Source of the DNA: Patescibacteria group bacterium
GTDB taxonomy: Bacteria; Patescibacteriota; Minisyncoccia; Phycocordibacterales; XYD1-FULL-46-19
Direction: 5' to 3'
Assembly: GCA_022705505.1 (NCBI GenBank)
Contig: JAKJEI010000002.1
Span: 1 to 60,209, forward strand
Length of the DNA: 60,209 bases
Positions 46,993 through 55,325 of the stretch are shown in pieces; position 1 is the stretch's first letter; each line of letters begins with the position of its first letter. The translations under genes and the position numbers were made by a program. Below the pieces are notes generated by a model. That model saw only the letters and a list, made by a program, of their open reading frames with translations. It was not told the origin of the DNA and did no database searches.

Positions 46993-48702
46993 ATGTCTAG
47001 TTATCTATATCATTATGTGGCACAACGCTCCATTAATGGGAACTTAAGAAAAAGTGGTTTTATCTTTCTGTTTGTCTGTTTGTTGTTTGCCTTAACTTTT
47101 GCGGTCAGCCAAACCTCGGCCGAAACCACTTCCCTTTTATCAACCAGCCGAACCCTCACTGAGACTTCTTCGCCCTCTGGTAGCCCCGACGCCAACCTCT
47201 GGTTAAAATCCGGCGGCAAAATTATAATCGCCAATGGAGAAGCGCTGAGCATTCAAGGTTCATTGCCGACTAATGACCCCCTGCGTTTGGCTTACGCGAC
47301 ACGCGCCGGCGTTGAAAGCGATAATGGTTTTCACCCGCAAAACATTTTCCAACTTAATACCAAAAAAAGTTGGCTAAACTCCAGCGCTGAAGTTGATGTT
47401 AAAATTACCAACCTAAACTTGTTCAATCTGGCCAATGTCCACCCTTGGAATGGTGTTTCCTTGATTTCTCGCTTCACCAATGACGACAACTACTATTACG
47501 CTTCTTGGCGAACTGACGGATACATGATTATCAAGAAAAAAGTTGGTGGCGTACATCACACTTTGAGTCAAAAGAAAGTTTATGAAGGAACTTATGACGC
47601 CACTGATAACCCAAGCCTTCTCCCCTTCAATCAAACGGTTGGCCTAAAGTTTGACACCAACACAAATTCTGACGGTTCCGTAAACCTAAGGTTCTACCTT
47701 GATAAAAACAACAGCGGAGATTGGACCTTGATCACAGAACACACGGATAAATCCCCGCTAAAATCCAGTGGCCAGTCCGGTTTACTAGCTAGTTATCTGG
47801 ACGCGGAATACCGCAATTACACAATCTCGGACCTTGACGGTCGTTCCGACTCCTCGCCCAACACAGCCGAAACGCCACCGGCGCCAATTCAAAACGATAA
47901 TTCAGTGGACCGTTTTGGAGTTAAAAAATTATATCCGACTTCAGGCAAAGAATGGATGTCCAAGTGGGATAACGGTCAGGACCGAAGTTTCTCTGGCATA
48001 GACCCGCAAGATCCATGGTTTGACGCCAATCATGGTGATGCCAGTTACAAGGTTGACGGCAACGGCCAACTTAAAGTGACCGGTTCGGTCCCCCGTATGT
48101 ATATTCATGACCCCAGCCACATCGACAGTTGGGGTAACGTAGAAATGACCGTCTACGCCATGCGCAAGTCAGATAGCAACACACCCTGGGGCGGAATCGT
48201 CGGCATCGCCCGTTCCAATCATGGCACCACCGGCAAAGAAACCGTAGATCTCTGTGATACTCGTGGTCTTGGCGCTCGTATGCGCTATGACGGCAAAGTA
48301 GACTTTGAGAAAGAAACTAGCCACCCCAACGCCACCTCCGTCGCGAGCAAAAATTTGTTTTCCGGCGGCTTGCCATACAACAAATGGATTGGCTATAAGT
48401 ATGTGGTTTATGACTTGCCAGACGGGAATGTTAAAACAGAACTTTGGCTTGATGAAACTGACGGGCAGAACGGCGGGGACTGGAAAAAAACCAACGAATT
48501 CATTGACACCGGTCGAAACTTCGGAGTCGGCGCCAAAGCTTGTAAACCGAACATTGACCCAGCCTTGAGATTGACGAGCAGCCAGAATCGTCCAGGATCC
48601 GAATCGGGCCGACCAAACGTCACTGTTTACTGGCGCAGCGATAACGTCGGCACTGACGGCTTAATTTACAAGAAAATGAGCGTCAGGGAAATCTCCGCCT
48701 AA
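46993..48702 (+). CDS. Secreted two-domain protein (N-terminal domain paralogous to 39685-40554; C-terminal beta-rich domain, possible glycan-binding or lyase-like)
   Basis: N-terminal TM/signal segment, the shared blocks listed for 39685-40554, a Pro/Ser linker and a ~270-aa C-terminal domain of unknown family. Confidence 0.65.
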   Translation: MSSYLYHYVAQRSINGNLRKSGFIFLFVCLLFALTFAVSQTSAETTSLLSTSRTLTETSSPSGSPDANLWLKSGGKIIIANGEALSIQGSLPTNDPLRLAYATRAGVESDNGFHPQNIFQLNTKKSWLNSSAEVDVKITNLNLFNLANVHPWNGVSLISRFTNDDNYYYASWRTDGYMIIKKKVGGVHHTLSQKKVYEGTYDATDNPSLLPFNQTVGLKFDTNTNSDGSVNLRFYLDKNNSGDWTLITEHTDKSPLKSSGQSGLLASYLDAEYRNYTISDLDGRSDSSPNTAETPPAPIQNDNSVDRFGVKKLYPTSGKEWMSKWDNGQDRSFSGIDPQDPWFDANHGDASYKVDGNGQLKVTGSVPRMYIHDPSHIDSWGNVEMTVYAMRKSDSNTPWGGIVGIARSNHGTTGKETVDLCDTRGLGARMRYDGKVDFEKETSHPNATSVASKNLFSGGLPYNKWIGYKYVVYDLPDGNVKTELWLDETDGQNGGDWKKTNEFIDTGRNFGVGAKACKPNIDPALRLTSSQNRPGSESGRPNVTVYWRSDNVGTDGLIYKKMSVREISA

Positions 48703-48707
48703 AACAC

Positions 48708-48728
48708 AAAGCTCCAACTTGGGGCTTT
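48708..48728. terminator. Hairpin between convergent genes
   Basis: AAAGCTCC-aactt-GGGGCTTT (one G.U pair), followed by a T-rich tract. Confidence 0.45.
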
Positions 48729-48735
48729 ATGTTTA

Positions 48736-49737
48736 TTAGGAAGTTTCTGTCGGTCTAATGTTTTCTTTTGGCAAAAAGATGTGGAAAGAGGTCCCCTTTT
48801 CTGGCGATGACTCAAACCAGAGACGACCGCCAGAACGGTCAATAATAATCTTGGAGATATAAAAACCAAGCCCAGTATCGTTCAAGTCTTCTCGGTTTGG
48901 ATTATCGGTCTGATACCTCTTGCTGAAAACCTTACCTTGTTCAGATACAGGAATGGCCGCGCCGTTGTTGTAAAAACAAATAAAAACCCCCAGCTTATCA
49001 CCACAGGTTATTATTTTGACCTTGCCCCTTTTTTCCAAAGATGCATTTTTAACTGAATAGGCAATCAAGTTGCCGAGAGCAATGTTGATTAAATCAAAAT
49101 CCGCCTTAACCGTGGAAAATTTTTTATCATAGTCAGTTTCCACCTTAAGTTTCGCATTTTTGTTATCGGCCAATCTGTCAGCCAAGAGATTATCTAGAAT
49201 TTCCACCAAATCTATTAATTTTGGTTTTAAAACAAAAGTGTTAAGCTCAATTTTAGAAATTATAGAAAAAACATTGAGCATCTCCGTCATTCTCTTAAGC
49301 GACAGGAAAATTTCTTTCACTGATTTTTTTTGTTGTCTCGTAAGGTCGCCGTGATAACCAGCCAATAAAATTTCAATATTAAGCAAAGATATGGTTAAGG
49401 GAGTTCTTAATTGATGAGAAACCAGGGACAAAAAATCGGCTTTGGTTTCATCTGATTCTCGCCAAAACTTTTCTTCAGAGTGAAGTTGGAACTGAATTTT
49501 CTCAAGTTGGCGTCCCAGCCGAGCGGTATAATTTTGAAAAGTTCCCATTAATTCGGCTATTTCGTTTTTAGACTGTCTGTATTCTTCTTCTTTAAACTCC
49601 CCCCATTTGATTTTCTTTAACTTTTCCGACCATTTGTCCCATTCCGTTGGTTTTTGCTTGGTCATAAAAACCAAGGCTTCGTTGATTTTAGATTTTAAGC
49701 CCAACTTGTCCTTGTGCTTGCATACTTTATGTTGCAT
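48736..49737 (-). CDS. Soluble sensor histidine kinase
   Basis: H box LVSHQLRTPL, N box GNLIAYSVKN and G box DTGLGFYISKII. No TM segment. An AAAGGAA motif lies upstream of the ATG. Confidence 0.88.
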   Translation of the reverse strand: MQHKVCKHKDKLGLKSKINEALVFMTKQKPTEWDKWSEKLKKIKWGEFKEEEYRQSKNEIAELMGTFQNYTARLGRQLEKIQFQLHSEEKFWRESDETKADFLSLVSHQLRTPLTISLLNIEILLAGYHGDLTRQQKKSVKEIFLSLKRMTEMLNVFSIISKIELNTFVLKPKLIDLVEILDNLLADRLADNKNAKLKVETDYDKKFSTVKADFDLINIALGNLIAYSVKNASLEKRGKVKIITCGDKLGVFICFYNNGAAIPVSEQGKVFSKRYQTDNPNREDLNDTGLGFYISKIIIDRSGGRLWFESSPEKGTSFHIFLPKENIRPTETS

Positions 49738-49872
49738 TGGTTCCTTTTGTCCATTCTACATAATTCGGGGGGTGTTTCAACCCCAGGTTAAAATTTTTCA
49801 TGAACATTCCAAAATTTTTGTTTACAAAAATGAACAAAGCATGAATAAATAAACATCCCCCTCTAGACCTTC

Positions 49873-49902
49873 TTGACAAAAAGGTGTATTATGTATTAGA
49901 TA
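49873..49902 (+). promoter_or_regulatory. Candidate promoter of the second kinase operon
   Basis: Perfect TTGACA at 49873-49878, with TATTAG/TAGATA candidates 15-18 nt downstream. It overlaps the GTG start of the ORF track, which argues for the ATG at 49917. Confidence 0.4.
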
Positions 49903-49916
49903 TCTTGGCAAGATTT

Positions 49917-51053
49917 ATGAAAACTTCTTCAAAAAGAAAAATTCTAACAAACTCACCGGGCTATCCCAGGCAAGTTAAAAACCGAGGGGCTAAAATTACA
50001 CAAGCGCGCTTTTTGGAGAAAACCACAAGCGCGCTTGTTGATTGGCAAATAAATCTGATAAAAGATTTTATCAACTTTCTGGACCAACCGGCTATCGCTC
50101 TAGATTCTTTTTATAAAATTGTGCACTTTAACAACGCCTTTTTAGATACCTACGGCAAGCATGGCAAAAAAAGAGATCAACTTTCTTTGTTGGATTATCT
50201 GAATAAAAAAGACCTTGAATCGTTAAAAAAATGTTTAGATGATATTGAAGAAGACGAACTAGAGAGTTGCCAACAGAATATTCAAATAAAAGACAAGACA
50301 ATAAATATCCGCCTTAAAAATTTTAAAATTAACAATGAAGCAAATTTCATTCTTTTAATTTGCACCGAGATCAAGAAAGGTCCCCATGCCCAGAGCAACA
50401 TCCTAGGTCTGGTTAGCCATGAACTCAAGACTCCCTTGACCGCGATCAAGGCCTTTGGGCAACTAACAAATAGCACTTTAAAGCACTCAAACAAAAGAGC
50501 GGCTGATTACTTGGGGAAAATAGACGAACAGATCAACCGGATGGTTGAGTTGGTTGATGATTTGTTCGACGTTTCTAAAATCCATCTTGGGAAATTCACT
50601 ATTACAAAAAACCCTCATTCGTTAGACAATCTTATAAAAGAAACACTGGAAGAAATAAAACTTTCCCGGCTTGGTAAACATAAGATAATAGTCAGAGGTT
50701 CTATCAAGGAAAAAATAAACATTGATAAGAACAGAATTAAACAAGTTCTTTTGAATATTATCAGTAATGCCATCAAGTATTCCCCCAAGGCCAACAAAGT
50801 GCTTATCCTTTTAAAAAGAACCCCCCAAACCGCTCAAATCAAAATTAAAGATTATGGCCGAGGAATAGACCCTCAAAATTTAAAAAATATTTTTGACCAA
50901 TTCCGTCAAAATAAGGAGAGTGGCGGTCTAGGTTTGGGTCTTTATATCTCGCAAAAAATTATTAAAGAACACGATGGTGAAATAAATGTTACCAGCAAAA
51001 AAGGATACGGCTCAGTTTTTACCATAATTTTACCCTTAAAAAAAGTTAAATAA
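49917..51053 (+). CDS. Soluble PAS-like sensor histidine kinase
   Basis: PAS-like N-terminal region, H box LVSHELKTPL, N box NIISNAIKYS and G box GGLGLGLYISQKII. No TM segment. Confidence 0.88.
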   Translation: MKTSSKRKILTNSPGYPRQVKNRGAKITQARFLEKTTSALVDWQINLIKDFINFLDQPAIALDSFYKIVHFNNAFLDTYGKHGKKRDQLSLLDYLNKKDLESLKKCLDDIEEDELESCQQNIQIKDKTINIRLKNFKINNEANFILLICTEIKKGPHAQSNILGLVSHELKTPLTAIKAFGQLTNSTLKHSNKRAADYLGKIDEQINRMVELVDDLFDVSKIHLGKFTITKNPHSLDNLIKETLEEIKLSRLGKHKIIVRGSIKEKINIDKNRIKQVLLNIISNAIKYSPKANKVLILLKRTPQTAQIKIKDYGRGIDPQNLKNIFDQFRQNKESGGLGLGLYISQKIIKEHDGEINVTSKKGYGSVFTIILPLKKVK

Positions 51054-51054
51054 T

Positions 51055-51411
51055 ATGAAGGTCTTTGTTTGCGAAGATGAAAAAGAGATTGCCGAAATAA
51101 TAAAAACTATTTTGGAAAAACAAAACCATGAGGTTAAACTTGATTTCGGCGGAAACAAAATTCTTGAATCCATAATGAACTTTACTCCCAATTTGATAAT
51201 TTTGGATTACCGCTTGCCAAACCTTGACGGCGAAAAACTAACCAAGAAGTTAAAGGCCAATGAAAAAACAAAAAAAATCCCCGTGGTCATAATCTCGGCT
51301 TCCAATTATTTGGAAAAAGTGGCCGCTGATTCAATGGCTGATGATTATTTATCCAAACCTTTTGATATCCAAAACTTACTGGCTATCGTCACTAAATACG
51401 ATAGCCAGTAA
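51055..51411 (+). CDS. Stand-alone receiver (CheY-like) response regulator
   Basis: VFVCEDE, LIILDYRLPNLDG and ISAS...YLSKPF. The start lies 1 nt after the kinase stop. Confidence 0.9.
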   Translation: MKVFVCEDEKEIAEIIKTILEKQNHEVKLDFGGNKILESIMNFTPNLIILDYRLPNLDGEKLTKKLKANEKTKKIPVVIISASNYLEKVAADSMADDYLSKPFDIQNLLAIVTKYDSQ

Positions 51412-51426
51412 TAATCCCCCGCCAGC

Positions 51427-51612
51427 TTAGCTGCGATAACTTCTTTTGTGGGCCGCCTTACCGCCCTTTCTTCCGGCTTCTTTGGCTTCCTCAGACGTGA
51501 ACTCATGGGCCGTCCCTTTTTCGTGGGCTGCTTTGCCACCCCGACTGGCAATTTCCCTTTGTTTCTCTGGGTCCATTGAAGCGAAACCTCTTTTTTTGCT
51601 TCCTTGTGCCAT
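51427..51612 (-). CDS. KGG-repeat general stress protein (YciG-like)
   Basis: 61 aa with SRGGKAAHEKG and GRKGGKAAHK repeats. Confidence 0.7.
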   Translation of the reverse strand: MAQGSKKRGFASMDPEKQREIASRGGKAAHEKGTAHEFTSEEAKEAGRKGGKAAHKRSYRS

Positions 51613-51700
51613 AGACTAAGTTATTTTAATCGGTTGGCCATTCGACCTAAGTCCAAGGATAGAGCACGGGCGTAAAATTTAAGTGAAGAATAAAACAAAT

Positions 51701-52282
51701 TTAAATTATGTAATGCGCAAAACCTAATTTAACTATCTCGGCGGCGGTCAAAACAGTGTTCTTTTTCATTAAGCGCAAAACCTCGTTCGTCGTCAATCGG
51801 CCGGACTCTTTAGCCAACAAAGCCGCATACTGACGGTCTTTGATGTTGTCTTCTCGGGCCATGGAATTTATTTCCGCGCTTGAAAAACGTCTATCTCCAT
51901 CCATGGTCCGCCCCCCTAAATGAATAAACATCGTTGTGTTGGGAGTGACAAACCTTTGGCGGCCGGCCAAAAAAACAATAATGGCCGAAGAATCCACATC
52001 CCCAGAGCCAATCGTTTGCAAGTTGGGACGATAAAAACCCTTCACCAAATCGTAAAAACTCATGGCAATACCGGTTTGCCCCCCAGGTGAAGACACTAAC
52101 AAATTAATCACCTGATTTCTGTTTTTCTCTTGCAGAAGAGTCATTGCCTCAATCACATCAATGAAATTGCCATAGCTGACACTACCAACCCATTGGACCG
52201 TCCTTTTTGTTTCAAAAAAAGGTTCTCCGTTCGCAATTTGGGAGAACGACTTTCTGCTTTCAACTTCTGTTATTTCCAACAT
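51701..52282 (-). CDS. ClpP-fold serine protease-like protein (divergent)
   Basis: LVSSPGGQTGIAMSFYDLV resembles ClpP INSPGGSVTAGLAIYD. Candidate Ser (DSSA) and His (FIHLG) residues are present, but the protein is only distantly ClpP-like. Confidence 0.55.
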   Translation of the reverse strand: MLEITEVESRKSFSQIANGEPFFETKRTVQWVGSVSYGNFIDVIEAMTLLQEKNRNQVINLLVSSPGGQTGIAMSFYDLVKGFYRPNLQTIGSGDVDSSAIIVFLAGRQRFVTPNTTMFIHLGGRTMDGDRRFSSAEINSMAREDNIKDRQYAALLAKESGRLTTNEVLRLMKKNTVLTAAEIVKLGFAHYII

Positions 52283-52397
52283 TTAGATTTCTTTTTGTTT
52301 TTTAATTAAGAATAATAAAAATAAAGGTTTCGACAAAAACCAATAATATCCTACCGAAAAAAAGCCTAATATCAAGCTGAGGCATTAAGATAACTTA

Positions 52398-52493
52398 ATG
52401 AAGATAATTTTATTTCCTAAAAATTTTTCACAAACTCTTTCTGAAGTAAAAACGCAACCAGGACCGTTACCTGGCCCCAAAAATAACATCTAA
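52398..52493 (+). CDS. Candidate small ORF (31 aa) in front of an orphan terminator
   Basis: ATG at 52398 and TAA at 52491-52493. Translation: MKIILFPKNFSQTLSEVKTQPGPLPGPKNNI. No SD motif. The region may instead be a noncoding sRNA. Confidence 0.2.
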   Translation: MKIILFPKNFSQTLSEVKTQPGPLPGPKNNI

Positions 52494-52502
52494 TAAAGAT
52501 AG

Positions 52503-52538
52503 AAAAAAGGAATTAATTAAATAATTAATTCCTTTTTT
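52503..52538 (+). terminator. Strong orphan rho-independent terminator
   Basis: Perfect 16-bp stem AAAAAAGGAATTAATT-aaat-AATTAATTCCTTTTTT. No annotated plus-strand gene lies upstream. Confidence 0.55.
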
Positions 52539-52568
52539 ATTCATCGGTAATTTGTTAACATTAAACAT

Positions 52569-53318
52569 ATGAATAAAACAAGAATTGCCATATCCATTGT
52601 TGTAATATTATTAATAATATTAGGCGTTTGGGACTATGTCGCCAAAGATTCAAATAACGATATCACCAGTTTTGAAGAATGCCAAAAAGCAGGCTACCCG
52701 ATAATGGAGTCTTTTCCACTACAATGCAAGTTGCCGAACGGAACCATTTTTAGGCAAGAAACAGAGTCCAATAAAGACCTCCTTGATCCCGCTGACAAAA
52801 CAACAAACTTTATTTTAGAAACCAACCTAAATAAAACAATTGAAAGTCCCCTGTCTATTTCCGGCAAAGCGACCGGGCCTTGGTTTTTTGAAGCAAGTTT
52901 CACTTCCGAAGTTCAAGACGAAAACGGGACCGTTCTCGGTCTGGGCATTATGACGGCAGAAGAAGACTGGATGACTGAAGAATTGGTGCCCTTTCAAGGC
53001 GAAATCAAATTTTCAAATCCGACAACCAACTTCGGCTTGTTGGTCTTTAAGAGCGCCAACCCTTCTGGTTTATCAACAAACCAACAAAAAATATCATTCC
53101 CCATTAGATTTAACGTGGATAAGACAAATCAAACCACTTGCTATGTAGGCGGTTGCGGTAACCAAATTTGTTCCAGCCAAAAAGATGCCATCACCACTTG
53201 TGAGTACCGACCAGAGTATGAATGTTTGAAACATTCACAATGTGAAAAACAATTAAACGGGGGTTGCGGCTGGACTGAAACAACGGAATACAAAAAATGT
53301 TTAGAAAACCTGGAATAA
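52569..53318 (+). CDS. Secreted Gmad2-like Ig-fold protein with an 8-Cys C-terminal module
   Basis: N-terminal anchor. The pattern SPLSISGKATGPWFFEASF...WMTEELVPFQGEI...NPSGL resembles the Gmad2 domain. The C-terminus reads CYVGGCGNQIC...C...C...C...GGCGW...C. Confidence 0.5.
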   Translation: MNKTRIAISIVVILLIILGVWDYVAKDSNNDITSFEECQKAGYPIMESFPLQCKLPNGTIFRQETESNKDLLDPADKTTNFILETNLNKTIESPLSISGKATGPWFFEASFTSEVQDENGTVLGLGIMTAEEDWMTEELVPFQGEIKFSNPTTNFGLLVFKSANPSGLSTNQQKISFPIRFNVDKTNQTTCYVGGCGNQICSSQKDAITTCEYRPEYECLKHSQCEKQLNGGCGWTETTEYKKCLENLE

Positions 53319-53398
53319 TACTGGTTGACTAAAACTCAACAATTGTTACAATTCAAATATTAGGTCGTCATTACTAGCTGCTGTCATAATAAAATGTT

Positions 53399-53533
53399 AT
53401 GAATCCAGACGAGGTTAATGGTGCCCCAACTGATGGTACCACTGTCCCAGTTGACGAAACGACCGACGAAGGTCAAGTTGAAGAAACCACTCCGGAAGCC
53501 ATTGTTCCGGAAGTTGATGAGATTGCTGAGTAG
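53399..53533 (+). CDS. Candidate small acidic protein (44 aa)
   Basis: Translation MNPDEVNGAPTDGTTVPVDETTDEGQVEETTPEAIVPEVDEIAE, followed 21 nt later by a perfect terminator. It falls below the ORF-track cutoff and has no SD motif. Confidence 0.3.
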   Translation: MNPDEVNGAPTDGTTVPVDETTDEGQVEETTPEAIVPEVDEIAE

Positions 53534-53554
53534 CAAAAATCTTGGTTTAGATTT

Positions 53555-53582
53555 AAATACCCGCCTACACAGGCGGGTATTT
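53555..53582. terminator. Bidirectional rho-independent terminator
   Basis: Perfect 11-bp stem AAATACCCGCC-tacaca-GGCGGGTATTT, flanked by A/T runs. It lies between a plus-strand small ORF and the minus-strand vanY-like gene. Confidence 0.7.
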
Positions 53583-53645
53583 AAATTTAATAATTTTTAC
53601 ATTCTGACCTTGGCAAACTAAAACGAGGCGTTTATTCTTTTTTTG

Positions 53646-54494
53646 TTAATCAAACAAATGGATAAGAAACTCATCTATGGTTCTCTGAGGCAAGCTGTAA
53701 AAATACCGGTTGTCTTCTTTCACTTTCTTGGCCAATTTTGTCCCCACAAAACGCCAGTGCCAAGGCTCAAATTGGTAATAGTTATTCTCTTCAGGATAAG
53801 AAATGATAAAGCCATACTTATAAGCGTTGGCTTTAAGCCAATTGTAAGCTTCCGTCTTTTCAAATCCATTAAAAGTGGCGGACCCAGTAACAAAATCAAC
53901 AGTTGTCCCCAGTTGGTGTTCTGAATAACCTTGGTCAGCCGAAAACTGATTGGCGCCGGAACCATAAGTAACCTTGTAGTTAGATTTCAGCGATTCTTGG
54001 GTATCAAAAGAACGATAGGCTGAGGTTATTTTTAAATCGAGCCCGGCTTCTTCCGCCGCCCCCATCAAGCGATTTAAAAATGGCTCAACTTGAGATTGTA
54101 TTTCCAAAGGTTTTTCCGGGTCAAAAAGATACTCTTTGTTTATTTTGGTCAAATTTTTCGGTTCATAGTTCTCATTCAAAAAATAAATCTTAGAATACTT
54201 TTTTAATAGCTCAGGGTCAATCTTGCTTAATTTGGTCAAATCCCCCACCGTCCCCACAATATCGCTAATCTGAAACTCAATGGCATCATTTCGTTCTTTT
54301 TCTTCTGTCCAAAAAGCCAACAGTTCGTTGTTTTCTTTTCGCGCAATGCTTAGGTCATCGGCCAAAACATGCGCCTTTTGCCAGGCCAACTCTTGTTCCT
54401 GCAACAAACCTAAATAGAGCCGGGCCCCGTAAAATAAGCCTCCGATTACCGTAAATATCAAGATTAAAACCAACCAGCTGTGTTTTATTTGCAT
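53646..54494 (-). CDS. D-alanyl-D-alanine carboxypeptidase, M15B (VanY) family
   Basis: TM anchor, SAYRSFDTQ, SEHQLGTTVD and EPWHWRF. Confidence 0.85.
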   Translation of the reverse strand: MQIKHSWLVLILIFTVIGGLFYGARLYLGLLQEQELAWQKAHVLADDLSIARKENNELLAFWTEEKERNDAIEFQISDIVGTVGDLTKLSKIDPELLKKYSKIYFLNENYEPKNLTKINKEYLFDPEKPLEIQSQVEPFLNRLMGAAEEAGLDLKITSAYRSFDTQESLKSNYKVTYGSGANQFSADQGYSEHQLGTTVDFVTGSATFNGFEKTEAYNWLKANAYKYGFIISYPEENNYYQFEPWHWRFVGTKLAKKVKEDNRYFYSLPQRTIDEFLIHLFD

Positions 54495-54633
54495 AAAAAG
54501 ATTGTATCACCAACCAGCTATAGACTCAACTAAAAAGGCTCTTTTTGTTGCGATAAAAGTCATGAGAACAAGAAAACACAAGGTTTGCCTTTTGGGAATC
54601 ACTACTTTCAGTCTAGTCTCTTTTTAATCAAGT

Positions 54634-55281
54634 TTATTCAAAATCTTCAACTTTTTTAGCATCGGCAACTTGATAATCGCCGATAGTTATCCGACGCAAA
54701 TTTTTTAAGTAAGCGCCAACCCCCATCTTCCGACCAAGGTCATGAGCCAGCGACCTGATATAGGTGCCTGAAGAAACTGCGAATCTCACCTTGGCCGACC
54801 TTGCCGTAGATTCTAAGAGACAAGCTTCATACACTTCTATCATTTTTGGCTCTAAGACAAAATCTTTCCCAGCGCGAGCCAAATCATAAGCTCGCTGGCC
54901 CTTAATTTTTACCGCGCTAAAGAGGGGTGGAGTTTGCGGCTGTTTGCCTACCACCTCTTTTAATTCTTTTTCCAGATTGTTTTTGTCTAGCAAAAAATCT
55001 CCCGAATATTCAGCTACGATTTGTCCTTCGCTGTCATAAGTGTCTGTTTCCAGACCAAATTCTATTTCCGCCTCATAGACTTTTGGTAATTTTTGAAACT
55101 CCGCGAACCTTTTCGTCGCTTCGTCCAAAAGAATTATCAAGAGACCAGTCGCTCTTGGATCAAGCGTGCCAGCATGGCCGATTTTTCTCGGTTTTAATTT
55201 GCGTTTTAACAGACGCACCACATCTGCCGATGACCAGCCAAATGGTTTGTCTATTAACAAAACTTTTTTCTTGTGAAGCAC
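54634..55281 (-). CDS. truB: tRNA pseudouridine(55) synthase (short, no PUA domain)
   Basis: KPFGWSS and HAGTLDPRATGLL motifs, in 215 aa. Confidence 0.9.
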   Translation of the reverse strand: MLHKKKVLLIDKPFGWSSADVVRLLKRKLKPRKIGHAGTLDPRATGLLIILLDEATKRFAEFQKLPKVYEAEIEFGLETDTYDSEGQIVAEYSGDFLLDKNNLEKELKEVVGKQPQTPPLFSAVKIKGQRAYDLARAGKDFVLEPKMIEVYEACLLESTARSAKVRFAVSSGTYIRSLAHDLGRKMGVGAYLKNLRRITIGDYQVADAKKVEDFE

Positions 55282-55325
55282 TTAGCTAGTCTAACAACCC
55301 CACTCAAAATCAACAAGTTATGAAA

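Noticed and set aside
53418-53621. 67-aa ORF from the supplied track
   Set aside because: It reads straight through a perfect 11-bp terminator hairpin and has an odd basic, low-complexity composition. The shorter acidic ORF that ends before the hairpin is the more plausible gene, if there is one at all.
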